Source of the DNA: Methanomicrobiales archaeon
GTDB taxonomy: Archaea > Halobacteriota > Methanomicrobia > Methanomicrobiales > Methanoculleaceae
Reading direction: 5' to 3'
NCBI GenBank assembly: GCA_012521035.1
Contig: JAAYND010000135.1
Span: 1-43,068 of the forward strand
DNA length: 43,068 bases
Position numbers and translations under genes: made by a program. Below are positions 1-9,020 of the stretch, one piece after another (position 1 is the stretch's first letter; every line of letters starts with the position of its first letter). The notes beneath the pieces were generated by a model that was not told where the DNA came from, made no database searches, and was given only the letters and a program-made list of their open reading frames with translations.

Positions 1-116
1 CGGCGGCGGGCATGCACCAGCGATGCCAGTCGGTCATGCGCGCTGATATGCTGCTCTATTGAGGCCGGCGGCCATATCACTCTCTTCAAGAAAAGATCGA
101 AAATCTGAGTTCTTAG

Positions 117-189
117 AGCCTCAGCCGAGATTTGAACTCGGGACCTGGTGATTACAAGTCACCCGCTCTGCCAGCTGAGCCACTGAGGC
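117..189 (-). tRNA. tRNA-Thr (anticodon TGT)
   Basis: Reverse complement GCCTCAGTGGCTCAGCTGGCAGAGCGGGTGACTTGTAATCACCAGGTCCCGAGTTCAAATCTCGGCTGAGGCT folds as a cloverleaf. Anticodon arm is GGTGA-CT TGT AA-TCACC and the T-loop is GTTCAAA. No intron; CCA not encoded. Confidence 0.97.
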
Positions 190-240
190 ACACCCTACAT
201 TGTGGATCGTATGCGGTAAAAAAGGTGGCGCTGGATCCCC

Positions 241-525
241 TCATCCCACCCCCGGATCATCCGACCGGCCACCGCGCTCCCAGGCGATCTCGCCGTCGTA
301 GAGGATACGGAGGATCCGGTGGTAGGGTATGTACGTTATACGCGGCGTCCCGGCATCCACCTCCAGGTACTGCGCATCGAGCGCGAGGATCCGCTCCCCC
401 GGCACAATCGATCGATCCCCCGGGGCCCCACGGTCGATGTACTCGATCCCGACCCGGGAGAAATCGTAGCCGGGATCGTGGTAGAACCTGAGTAATAGCC
501 GGCGACTCGTTCGCACCTCCCTCAT
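241..525 (-). CDS. DUF504 / MJ1316-like RNA-repair-associated domain protein
   Basis: Motifs 'I.YIDRGAPG' and 'YIPYHRILRI.YDG..AWER' match this small archaeal family. The start may be the GTG at 516. Confidence 0.75.
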   Translation of the reverse strand: MREVRTSRRLLLRFYHDPGYDFSRVGIEYIDRGAPGDRSIVPGERILALDAQYLEVDAGTPRITYIPYHRILRILYDGEIAWERGGRSDDPGVG

Positions 526-640
526 CCTCCAGCGGATACTTCACCCCACAGAGATAAATATGCGCGGCGCCGCCGGCAAACCGTTGATATGGGCAGGTCT
601 GCAATGTTCATAACAGAGGAGCGCAGAGAGTACCAGCAGG

Positions 641-1867
641 ATGTCGCATCTCACTGTCGATCTCGGGGGCCGGCCCGGCCTCGACTGCCGGGGGTTCTGC
701 TCGTACTGCTACTTCAAACACGTCCAGGGGACTACCTCGTTCGGTTGCAAATACTGCCTCCCCTTCCAGAAAGGCTGTGATTACTGCACCCGGGGCGTCC
801 GGGAGCAGTACGAAGGATTCAAGGATCTCCGGACCGTCGCCGATGAGGTACTCGCAAACCTCCAGGTGATGACCGACGATCTCGACCGGATCACCATCAG
901 CGGCGGCGGGGATCCGAGCTGCTACCCGGAGTTTCGCGATCTCGTCGAACTGCTCTCCAGCATGGAAGCGCCGATCCACATCGGCTACACCAGCGGGAAG
1001 GGGTTTGATGACCCGGATATAGCCGATCACCTCATCGAGAACGGCCTCTCTGAGATCTCCTACACCATATTCGCCGCCGATCCTGAACTGCGCCGGCGCT
1101 GGATGCACGACCCGACACCGGAGGCCTCGCTCGCGGTCCTCGACCGTCTCTGCGGTGCAATCGATACGTACGCCGCCACGGTCGTTATACCGGGCGTCAA
1201 CGACGGTGAGATCCTTGAGGAGACCTGTGCATGGCTCGAGGATCGGGGCGCAAAAGGACTGATCCTGATGCGGTTTGCCAACCGGACAGATCAGGGGCTC
1301 ATCCTCGGCAACGCGCCGCTCATCGAGGGGCAACAGGTCCACACCACCGATGAGTTCCGCGATATCGTCACCCGTCTCAATGAACAGTTCTCGATGAAGA
1401 TCAGCGGAACGCCGCTCTGGGATCCCTCAATAGGCTCGCCGTTTGCAATCCTCCATGAACCCGACCTGCTCCGGAAGCTCCCCCGGGTCCGGAAGCGCGC
1501 GACGGTGATCACCGGGAGCGTGGCGGCCCCCTTCATCCAGCGCCTCCTCTCGATCCGCGGCGCCCGCTCAAGGGTCGTCAGGGTCAGAAAAGAGATCGCC
1601 TGCCTCATCACCGCTGATGACCTCGCCGGAGTAAACCTGGCGAGGCTTGAGGATGTCGTTATCATCCCCGGCCGGGCGTTCGTCCATGACATCGAGGCGC
1701 AGAAGATCCTCTCGGCCGACGGTGTTGACCGCGAGGTTGTGCGCGGCCCCGATATGTTGACCGCCGATGCGGAGACAAGCATGGGTATGACCCGGGCAGA
1801 GGTGCTTGAGAAAGAGATGGAAGGATTCTCGGCCCTTATCAATACGATCAACCAGTACGGGCGGTGA
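641..1867 (+). CDS. mmp10: Methanogenesis marker protein 10, radical SAM MCR-arginine methyltransferase
   Basis: N-terminal DLGGRPGLDCRGFCSYCYF (CxxxCxxC), a second Cys cluster CKYC...CDYC, the ISGGGD motif and a C-terminal 'EIACLIT..DL...IPGRAFVHD' domain; 408 aa. Confidence 0.92.
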   Translation: MSHLTVDLGGRPGLDCRGFCSYCYFKHVQGTTSFGCKYCLPFQKGCDYCTRGVREQYEGFKDLRTVADEVLANLQVMTDDLDRITISGGGDPSCYPEFRDLVELLSSMEAPIHIGYTSGKGFDDPDIADHLIENGLSEISYTIFAADPELRRRWMHDPTPEASLAVLDRLCGAIDTYAATVVIPGVNDGEILEETCAWLEDRGAKGLILMRFANRTDQGLILGNAPLIEGQQVHTTDEFRDIVTRLNEQFSMKISGTPLWDPSIGSPFAILHEPDLLRKLPRVRKRATVITGSVAAPFIQRLLSIRGARSRVVRVRKEIACLITADDLAGVNLARLEDVVIIPGRAFVHDIEAQKILSADGVDREVVRGPDMLTADAETSMGMTRAEVLEKEMEGFSALINTINQYGR

Positions 1868-1877
1868 GGGAGAGAAA

Positions 1878-1908
1878 GGCAGGGGCATGCGCTGGAAGCG
1901 CCCCTGCC
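1878..1908. terminator. Stem-loop between convergent genes (possible terminator)
   Basis: Perfect 9-bp inverted repeat GGCAGGGGC (1878-1886) / GCCCCTGCC (1900-1908) in the 50-bp gap between two stop codons. Confidence 0.4.
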
Positions 1909-1917
1909 CCGGTACTT

Positions 1918-2481
1918 TCAGTCTGACTCCGTCAGATCAAAGAACCTCTCGATGATCCACTCGTTCCTGACCTCCGGGTGGAAGAGGAGAGCATAGATCG
2001 GGAGTGAACAGTGCCGGAGTGCCTGTGTGCACCGATCCGAGACTGCGAGCGGCACAAACCTGTCCGTGACCTGCACAGCAAACTCGTGGAGCTCATATGC
2101 CGCAAATATCTCTTTCCCGGCGAAGAGCGGGTCGGGCGAGATCACCTGGATATCGGTCATACCTATCCCCGGGCATGGTTCAATGCCGATATCAAAAGTA
2201 GCCACGATGGGCAGCATGCCGGAAGAGATGCCGAGCACCGGCCGCCCAAACACACGGAGCCACCCGAATCGCTCGGGACCCTCCATAAAACCCCTGTCCT
2301 TCAGCGCTGTCCCACAGAGGATCACCCCGTCCGCCGCCTCAAGATCGGGTGCGCTGACGGCGGTATAGTGGCGGACGATGGGCACCGCACCCACTCCCCG
2401 GAGGATCCCTGCAACCGGCCCGACGAACTCGGCCCGGGAGAGCGAATTCTCCCGGTAGCAGAGGTCGATCACCAGGATCAT
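1918..2481 (-). CDS. Class I glutamine amidotransferase-like protein (nucleophile Cys replaced by Ser)
   Basis: 'ADGVILCG', 'RPVLGISSGM' (normally PVLGICxG) and 'LFHPE' motifs. The start overlaps the upstream stop (ATGA). Confidence 0.8.
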   Translation of the reverse strand: MILVIDLCYRENSLSRAEFVGPVAGILRGVGAVPIVRHYTAVSAPDLEAADGVILCGTALKDRGFMEGPERFGWLRVFGRPVLGISSGMLPIVATFDIGIEPCPGIGMTDIQVISPDPLFAGKEIFAAYELHEFAVQVTDRFVPLAVSDRCTQALRHCSLPIYALLFHPEVRNEWIIERFFDLTESD

Positions 2482-3158
2482 CTCTCCACCAGCCCCGCCC
2501 GCTCGATATGGAGAACACCGTTGTGGTTCCGGTAGACCTTCGACGCCTCCTCGATCGCGATCCGCCGGGAGAAGAAGGGGGCGTCGACGACGAAGGTCTC
2601 AAACTCTCCTCCTTCGCCGGTGAGGGTGATCCGGTATTTCCGGGCGGCACCCCGGAGTTCATTGAGGGCACGGTGATCGATCTCCCTCCCGAGCCAGGAT
2701 GCATCGAAGGGACAGGAGAAGACGCCCGTTATGATGACACGAAACCCGGCACCGATGAGATCTTCCATGTAGGCCTCCTGGTCCGTGTGCCAGAGGGGGT
2801 TGAAGCACCAGAGATCCAGGTCATGGCAGAGCCTCTGGACGCGCGACGCCTGGTAGACAGAGAGGATCGCCCCCGTGACGACCCCCTCGATCCCGAACCG
2901 ATCCCTGGCCTCAAGGAGAGCGCGCCTCAGGTCCAGAAGTTCTGTCTCTTTCTCGCCGGCTGTCTCCGCCTCCACGAGGGGGAGTCCCGCCGCCTCAGCC
3001 TGCAGTCCGGCGAGGTGGATGTTTGGGGTATGGAACATGTAGCTCTCGGGGTTTCTGGAGATGACCGTGATCAGGCAGGCCACCTCTTCATGCTGCATCG
3101 CCTTCCAGCAGGCGAAGAGGGAGTCTTTTCCACCGGAGAAGAGCACACCGAGTCTCAT
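2478..3158 (-). CDS. Diphthine--ammonia ligase family ATP-binding protein (Dph6 / MJ0570-like)
   Basis: PP-loop LFSGGKDS, SYMFH, GAILS.YQ and GEGGEFET motifs. Start taken at MRLGVLF; an alternative start lies at 3176. Confidence 0.9.
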   Translation of the reverse strand: MRLGVLFSGGKDSLFACWKAMQHEEVACLITVISRNPESYMFHTPNIHLAGLQAEAAGLPLVEAETAGEKETELLDLRRALLEARDRFGIEGVVTGAILSVYQASRVQRLCHDLDLWCFNPLWHTDQEAYMEDLIGAGFRVIITGVFSCPFDASWLGREIDHRALNELRGAARKYRITLTGEGGEFETFVVDAPFFSRRIAIEEASKVYRNHNGVLHIERAGLVER

Positions 3159-3401
3159 GGTCGTTTCTGTATTCATTCTCCTCCGGGAACTATTAACCCC
3201 TGCGGCGATATCAGGCGCGGATTCCGCAGGTGGCGAATCAGGGCAGGGATACCGGATGCCGGCCGCATCCAGACCTCCGGGACTGCTTTCAGGATGTTAG
3301 GGCATTTCTGGCGCCCGTGTCGGGTGATGATCAGGGTTATATGGTATCAAGATCCCTCTCACAATAAGAGCACCCGGGGCAGTATCCTGGAGGTGGAGAG
3401 T

Positions 3402-3593
3402 ATGACAGAAAATGGCGAATTGCCAGAAGAGGAGATCGGGATGGTTGTCGACTGTATCCTGATCGACTACCGGGGCGACCTGGAGTCGCGGGCCAGGGTT
3501 GCCCGGACAATCCTTGCATGGGCAGCAGAGCACCCCGATGAGTGGGATGAGTTGTGGGCCCGGTGTCAGCAGCGCCATGAAGCGCTCGTGTGA
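3402..3593 (+). CDS. Small acidic hypothetical protein (63 aa)
   Basis: Strong RBS GGAGGTGG just before the ATG at 3402. ORF MTENGELPEEEIGMVVDCILIDYRGDLESRARVARTILAWAAEHPDEWDELW... fills an otherwise empty gap. Confidence 0.6.
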   Translation: MTENGELPEEEIGMVVDCILIDYRGDLESRARVARTILAWAAEHPDEWDELWARCQQRHEALV

Positions 3594-3724
3594 GACCACC
3601 CCGACCTGATATTATCGCTCTTTTCGGCCTGTGAGGGCCGGTTCATGGTCAAAAGCGGTCTTGTTCTTATCCGGTGCCCTGATCTGATGAAAAATACGAG
3701 GGAAAAATGTCGACCCCGGGCTCC

Positions 3725-4576
3725 TCACCGCTCCGCGATCCAGTGCCGTGCGATGAACTCCCGCACTATCTTTGCCGCCACCGCTGCCGTCTGCCCGGAA
3801 TCAAACGGGGCGACCTCCACGTAATCAAACCCCATCGCATGCGGCGCGAGGGTCCGCACAACCTCCCTGATATCGAGCGGCGTCATCCCGAACGGCTCCG
3901 GCGTCCCGAGGCCCGGGGTGAGACAGCAGTCGATCGCGTCGGCATCGATCGAGAGGTAGACACTCCGTCCCTCTACCCTATCGAGGATCTCATCGAGGAT
4001 GGTACCGATCCCCCGCTCCCGAACCGCATCCGCGGTGTAGAGCTGCGCCCTCTCCTCTGCGATCTCAAACTGCTCGCGATCGCCGCTCCGGGCACCGATT
4101 ATGACGACATCATCGACCGAGTCGAGAACGCGCCGCGTGACACACCCATGGCTGTAAGGTGTCCCGTCGAGCTCGTCCCGCAGATCCAGGTGCGCGTCGC
4201 AGACGATGTAGACATCCGGGCATAAGGCCCTGACCGCACCGATCGTCGCGGTATGCTCACCACCGAGGATCACCGGAATCTTTCCATCGCCGGCGATCTC
4301 GCCTGCAACGTCCGCTACCTGGTCTACCAGATCCTCCGGAACTTTTGAGACCATAAGGTCACCGAGGTCGGCGATGGGAACCTCGTAGAGGTCGAGACCG
4401 GTCGCGGGGTCGTAGGACTCAAAGTTGAGTGACGCCTCGCGGATCGCCCGGGGCCCGAACCGTGCTCCGGGTTTAAACGATGTCGTCCCATCATAAGGCA
4501 CGCCGAAGATGGCATAGCGAGCATCCTCGTATGATGCCTCCGCATCAGCAAAATAAAGATGGGCGAGCTCGTTCAT
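3725..4576 (-). CDS. speB: Agmatinase (ureohydrolase family)
   Basis: GVPYDGTTSFKPGARFGP, GGEHT, DAHLDL and SIDADAID...PGLGTPEPFG motifs. Confidence 0.92.
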   Translation of the reverse strand: MNELAHLYFADAEASYEDARYAIFGVPYDGTTSFKPGARFGPRAIREASLNFESYDPATGLDLYEVPIADLGDLMVSKVPEDLVDQVADVAGEIAGDGKIPVILGGEHTATIGAVRALCPDVYIVCDAHLDLRDELDGTPYSHGCVTRRVLDSVDDVVIIGARSGDREQFEIAEERAQLYTADAVRERGIGTILDEILDRVEGRSVYLSIDADAIDCCLTPGLGTPEPFGMTPLDIREVVRTLAPHAMGFDYVEVAPFDSGQTAAVAAKIVREFIARHWIAER

Positions 4577-4601
4577 GCCCGCTTTTGAGAGCCAGAAGAG
4601 A

Positions 4602-4979
4602 TCACTCAAGCTTCTTCTTACCCAGGGATGTTATGTAGGCGATCTCTTTGCCCGGTTCAAGGCCGCTGACCTCTTCCTCGGTCAGGTTGAGCTCGAACAT
4701 CTCGAAGTCCTTGACATCCATAAACTGGACGGTCGTGCCGGCGATCGATATAACCTGTGCAATCTTTCGCTCCACGATAGGGACATAGGTCTTTGCCGAT
4801 ACCGGTTGAACGATCGAGCGTTTGACACCATCAAATATACCGATACACTCGATCCGGGACTTTGCAGCCCCATGTTTGCCGGGTTTGGATATAGCGATGG
4901 AGACTATCCTGCAGGGCTCGTCATCGATAATGACGTAGCGCCCTTCTTTCAGCTTTCCAACTTCTGTCTGTTCTTTCAT
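4602..4979 (-). CDS. eif5a: Translation factor aIF5A (eIF5A)
   Basis: Hypusination motif SKPGKHGAAK. The real start is MKEQTEVG at 4979 (125 aa); the longer track ORF is spurious upstream. Confidence 0.96.
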   Translation of the reverse strand: MKEQTEVGKLKEGRYVIIDDEPCRIVSIAISKPGKHGAAKSRIECIGIFDGVKRSIVQPVSAKTYVPIVERKIAQVISIAGTTVQFMDVKDFEMFELNLTEEEVSGLEPGKEIAYITSLGKKKLE

Positions 4980-5066
4980 GTTCTCCCACTCAACAAACGC
5001 GTGATTAATGTATCTGGATTGCATTAAATAAATACACCGTAGAGAGGGAGGAGGCGCGAGGAGCAT

Positions 5067-5846
5067 TTGACTGAATTCATCCGGGCATGTGGTGACCTGG
5101 CAGGGGCTGTCAGGGATGCAGTGACTGATATGGCCGGAACGCCGGAGGCAGGGGAGTACGTGACGATGGGCGCGGATGGCACACCCACAAAGAGGATCGA
5201 TCAGGTCGCAGAAGAGATCGTTGTGGATTACTTCAGGGGTCATCCTCTCTGTGAGCGCCTGATTAGCGAGGAACTCGGGCTTATCAGAATGAGCGGAGAG
5301 GAGGGCACTATATTCCTCGATCCGGTCGACGGCACCTATAACGCGGTGGTCGGGATCCCGTTCTACGCCCTCTCCATCGCCTACGCCGAAGGCGGTATCG
5401 TCCAGCAGGGATACGTCCAGAACCTCGCCACCGGTGAGACATTCCATGCTGTGCGGGGGCAGGAGGTCTGTCTCGATGGGCATCCTATCAGGGTCTCCGG
5501 TACATCGCATATTGAGGAGAGTGCCATGAGCGTCTACGGCCGGAAGTTCGACCCGACCCGCGTGTTCCAGATCAGCCAGAAGATCCGGAGGTGGCGCCAC
5601 CTCGGCGCATCAGCCCTCGAACTCTGTTACGTTGGATGTGGCCGTATCGACGGATTTGTCGACGTGCGGGGGACACTCCGCGTAACGGATGCGGCGGCGG
5701 GGATGCTGGTCTGTGAGGAGGCAGGGGGCGTCGTCTCTGATCTCGAGGGAAAAATTCTCACCTTCCCGGACGAGGTCTCTGTCAGGCGGTGCCTCGTCGC
5801 TACGAACGGTGCCGTGCATGATGAGGTCATCGGGTGCCTGAGGTGA
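5067..5846 (+). CDS. suhB: Bifunctional fructose-1,6-bisphosphatase / inositol monophosphatase
   Basis: [22 protein letters not shown] and 'DAAAG' motifs; TTG start with a GGAG RBS. Confidence 0.9.
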   Translation: MTEFIRACGDLAGAVRDAVTDMAGTPEAGEYVTMGADGTPTKRIDQVAEEIVVDYFRGHPLCERLISEELGLIRMSGEEGTIFLDPVDGTYNAVVGIPFYALSIAYAEGGIVQQGYVQNLATGETFHAVRGQEVCLDGHPIRVSGTSHIEESAMSVYGRKFDPTRVFQISQKIRRWRHLGASALELCYVGCGRIDGFVDVRGTLRVTDAAAGMLVCEEAGGVVSDLEGKILTFPDEVSVRRCLVATNGAVHDEVIGCLR

Positions 5847-5853
5847 TGCCGGT

Positions 5854-6666
5854 ATGAGGATCGTTTTAGTATCGCGTATCGATGATGAGGAGGCGCTTCG
5901 CTACACCGCATCGCTCGCCCGGCATCTCGAAGATCTGGGGCATGGCGTCACCCTTGAGGCGGGCACAGCAGGCCGCCTTGGGAGAGAAGGAGTACCATTC
6001 GAGGAGATCACCGGCGATCTGGTCGTTGTCATCGGCGGTGACGGGTCGGTCCTCCTCACCATCCACAGGATGAGAAAGCAGGTCCCGGTCATTGGCATCA
6101 ACCGGGGGGGGGTCGGGTTCCTCGCAGACCTTGAACCTGAGGAAGCGTATGCGTTCTTCACCACCTTCAAAGATGGATTCCTGGTCGAACAGCGGATGCG
6201 GATCAGTCTTTACACCGATGGGAGACATCTCGGGGATGCCCTCAACGAGGCGGTGATCGTCACCGAGCGCCCGGCCAAGATGCTCCGGTTCGGTGTCTAT
6301 GTCGACGAAATACCCTCGGAGAGGTTCAGGGCTGACGGCCTTCTCATATCAACCCCGACCGGATCAACCGCCTACGCCATGAGCGCCGGAGGGCCGATCG
6401 TCGATCCGAAGGTCGAGGGTTTCCTCCTCATACCGCTTGCACCGTACATGCTCTCGTCCCGCCCCCACCTCATCAGCACCGAGAGAACCCTGGAGATCAC
6501 CCTTGAGACAGAGAAACCTGCACATATCGCCATAGACGGGCAGAGCATCTTTGAACTCGAGAGGGAGGCGAAGATCACGGTCAGGAGATCTGATGACCCG
6601 GCACTCTTTGTCGATATCGGGAAACCCTTCTTTGAGAAGGTGAACTACAAACTCCGGAACCTCTAG
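5854..6666 (+). CDS. nadK: NAD kinase
   Basis: GGDGS, '[10 protein letters not shown]', LNE and [21 protein letters not shown] motifs. Confidence 0.95.
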   Translation: MRIVLVSRIDDEEALRYTASLARHLEDLGHGVTLEAGTAGRLGREGVPFEEITGDLVVVIGGDGSVLLTIHRMRKQVPVIGINRGGVGFLADLEPEEAYAFFTTFKDGFLVEQRMRISLYTDGRHLGDALNEAVIVTERPAKMLRFGVYVDEIPSERFRADGLLISTPTGSTAYAMSAGGPIVDPKVEGFLLIPLAPYMLSSRPHLISTERTLEITLETEKPAHIAIDGQSIFELEREAKITVRRSDDPALFVDIGKPFFEKVNYKLRNL

Positions 6667-6737
6667 ATCCAGCATACCAAAACAAAGATTTTATGAGTGT
6701 CCGGGAGGACTACTTCAAGAGAGGTGTAAGCGCGAAC

Positions 6738-7457
6738 ATGGAAGACCAGATACGCACCGATATCCCCTATGCGGAGATCGCAGAGACGATGAAGAAGACC
6801 CTCAACCTGAGAGGTTCACCTGTTGCGGTGAAGTTCGCAAAGAGCCCGGAGGCCATCCCCGAGGGTGTCGAGCCGATCAATGAAATGGCCCGCCACTGCC
6901 AGATGGTAAGCAGGGCTCGCCTGGACGACGAGATCTTCTACGCAACCGCCGACAAATTCGCCTGTATGGGCGCCGCCTGGGCTCTCGGGCTCAAGGAACT
7001 CTCAAAAGACCTCAGCACAGGAGAGTTTTATTACGTGCGCGGTAAGTTCGAGAGCTGGGCCGCCTGCATGAGGACCATCCAGCAGGCTCCGCATGCTCCC
7101 CCACTCCAGACCTACGCGACAGTCTATGCACCGCTTGAGAAGACCCCGTTTGACCCGCATGTCGTCCTCATCATAGCCGAACCCCGTGCGATGATGAGAC
7201 TCGCACAGGCCACGCTCTACCGACTCGGCGGCCGGATAGAGTCTTCGATGACGGGATATCAGTCACTCTGTGCGGATGCGACAGTGCAGCCCTATCTCAC
7301 TGGCAGGGTCAACTTCTCTCTCGGGTGCGACGGTGCTCGCCGGTTCTCTGGAATGGAGGAGACTGAAATGGTCATAGGTATCCCGGCCGAAGCCCTCCCT
7401 GAGTTTGCCCAATCTCTGGAACGTCTCATCGACACGCCGTGGTCGGTGCGGAAGTAA
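6738..7457 (+). CDS. DUF169 family protein
   Basis: 'L.GSPVAVKF', 'RHCQMV..AR', 'FACMGA' and 'SLCAD...SLGCDGAR' Cys pattern. RBS GAGGTG precedes the ATG at 6738. Confidence 0.8.
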   Translation: MEDQIRTDIPYAEIAETMKKTLNLRGSPVAVKFAKSPEAIPEGVEPINEMARHCQMVSRARLDDEIFYATADKFACMGAAWALGLKELSKDLSTGEFYYVRGKFESWAACMRTIQQAPHAPPLQTYATVYAPLEKTPFDPHVVLIIAEPRAMMRLAQATLYRLGGRIESSMTGYQSLCADATVQPYLTGRVNFSLGCDGARRFSGMEETEMVIGIPAEALPEFAQSLERLIDTPWSVRK

Positions 7458-7545
7458 AGCCCCCCTCCTCCCTATTTTTGCAGGGGTACAAGGCTTATCT
7501 TCCCGGCCGGTCAACTATTCAGCAGGTGGTTCTTTGCAGGTATCC

Positions 7546-8034
7546 ATGAAACTGGAGATGAGAGACCAGCCCGGACAGCTGGTCGCGGCCCTCAAACCGA
7601 TCTCTGCCGTCGGGGGGAACATAATAGCGGTCATTCACCAGAGAGAGGCCACGACGGCCGCAGAGGCGCTGGATGTCCAGATCGTGCTCGAACTACCGGA
7701 GGGGAGGCTTGAGAGACTCCTTGAACTGCTCAGGGAGCAGGGCGTCAACGTTGTGCGCATCGGTGAAGAGCGGCTTCTCTATGAATGCACACTGATCGTG
7801 ATCGGGCACCTGATGCACACCGATCTCTCGGATACGGTCAACCAGATCGATAGAACCGGTTCTTCTGAGGTGACAGAACTCTCCATGGTCATGCCTGCGA
7901 TCAGCTCCCCGTCTTCGGCCCGCATAACCATCCGTTCGACCACCCGGGCTGAGATGAAGAGAGCGATACAGATCCTGCGCGCCGTCGCTGAACAGAAGGA
8001 ACTCCTCATCATCGAGCCCCTGGAGGATGCATGA
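7546..8034 (+). CDS. ACT-domain protein, probable allosteric subunit of homoserine dehydrogenase
   Basis: ACT signature 'DQPGQL..AL..IS..GGNII.VIH'; overlaps the hom start (ATGA). Confidence 0.85.
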   Translation: MKLEMRDQPGQLVAALKPISAVGGNIIAVIHQREATTAAEALDVQIVLELPEGRLERLLELLREQGVNVVRIGEERLLYECTLIVIGHLMHTDLSDTVNQIDRTGSSEVTELSMVMPAISSPSSARITIRSTTRAEMKRAIQILRAVAEQKELLIIEPLEDA

Positions 8035-9020
8035 TGCGGATCGCACTCCTGGGCTTTGGTTCGGTCGGCCAGGGCATCGTCCGTTCGATCCTCGCGAAGG
8101 ACCTGGATATAACCGTCACCGGGCTTGCTGATTCAAGGAGCGGGATCATCGATGCCGGTGGGGTCGATCTGGCGGCGGCGCTTGCCCGAAAAGAGCAGGG
8201 CGAGCCCTGTGGCGACCCGGGCATAAGCCCCACGGATGTTGTGGAGAGGGCGGAGTATGACATACTCATCGAGGTGACCCCGACCAACGTCGAGACCGCA
8301 GAGCCGGCGCTGGGCTATATCAGGGGCGCCCTCCGGCGGGGCAGGCACGTCGTCACATCAAATAAAGGTCCGATCGCCCTCGCTTACCCGGAGCTCCGGA
8401 CCCTTGCGGAGGAGAACGGCGTCTTCCTGAAGTATGAAGCGACGGTCTGCGGCGCAATACCGCTCATCCACGCCATACAGGAAGGAATTGCCGGGAATGC
8501 CATAACACGGATATGTGGTGTCTTCAACGGCACCTGCAACTACATCCTCACCCGAATGGCAGCAGAAGGTCTCACTTACGAGCAGGCGCTTGCCGAGGCC
8601 CGGGATCTCGGCTACGCTGAGGCGGATCCCACATACGATGTCGAGGGGATCGATGCAGGCATCAAGCTGGTCATCCTCGCAAATACTGTCTTCGATATGG
8701 ATACAACGCTCGATGATGTGGAGAGGACGGGGATCACCCTCCTCTCGCCCGAGGCGCTACAGCTTGCAGAGGATCAGGACTGCACCATCCGGCTCATCGG
8801 TGAGATCATCCCCCGGGTCGGGGTGCTCCGGGTCTCGCCGAGGATCGTCGCGAAGACCCACCCCCTCGTCGTCGAAGGGACGCTCAACGCCGTCACCGTG
8901 GAGACAGACCTCGCCGGGGATCTCACGTTCATCGGGAAGGGTGCAGGTTCCACGGAGACCGCCAGTGCCGTGATCGGTGACCTCCTCTACATCCAGAGCA
9001 GGCATGTCCAGGGTTCTTGA
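8031..9020 (+). CDS. hom: Homoserine dehydrogenase
   Basis: GFGSVG Rossmann motif, VVTSNKGP, YEATVCGAIP, NGTCNYIL, GYAEADP..DVEG.D and GKGAG. Confidence 0.96.
   Translation: MMRIALLGFGSVGQGIVRSILAKDLDITVTGLADSRSGIIDAGGVDLAAALARKEQGEPCGDPGISPTDVVERAEYDILIEVTPTNVETAEPALGYIRGALRRGRHVVTSNKGPIALAYPELRTLAEENGVFLKYEATVCGAIPLIHAIQEGIAGNAITRICGVFNGTCNYILTRMAAEGLTYEQALAEARDLGYAEADPTYDVEGIDAGIKLVILANTVFDMDTTLDDVERTGITLLSPEALQLAEDQDCTIRLIGEIIPRVGVLRVSPRIVAKTHPLVVEGTLNAVTVETDLAGDLTFIGKGAGSTETASAVIGDLLYIQSRHVQGS

Noticed and set aside
1-37. Possible gene start on the minus strand (MTDWHRWCMPAA)
   Set aside because: Only 12 codons are visible at the window edge, which cannot be supported.
2508-3401. 361-aa plus-strand ORF 2508..3593
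   Set aside because: Antisense shadow of the Dph6-like gene; only the last 63 codons have an RBS and look real.
4980-5600. Long N-terminal extension on aIF5A (332-aa ORF)
   Set aside because: It overlaps the IMPase gene in antisense; aIF5A homology begins at 4979.
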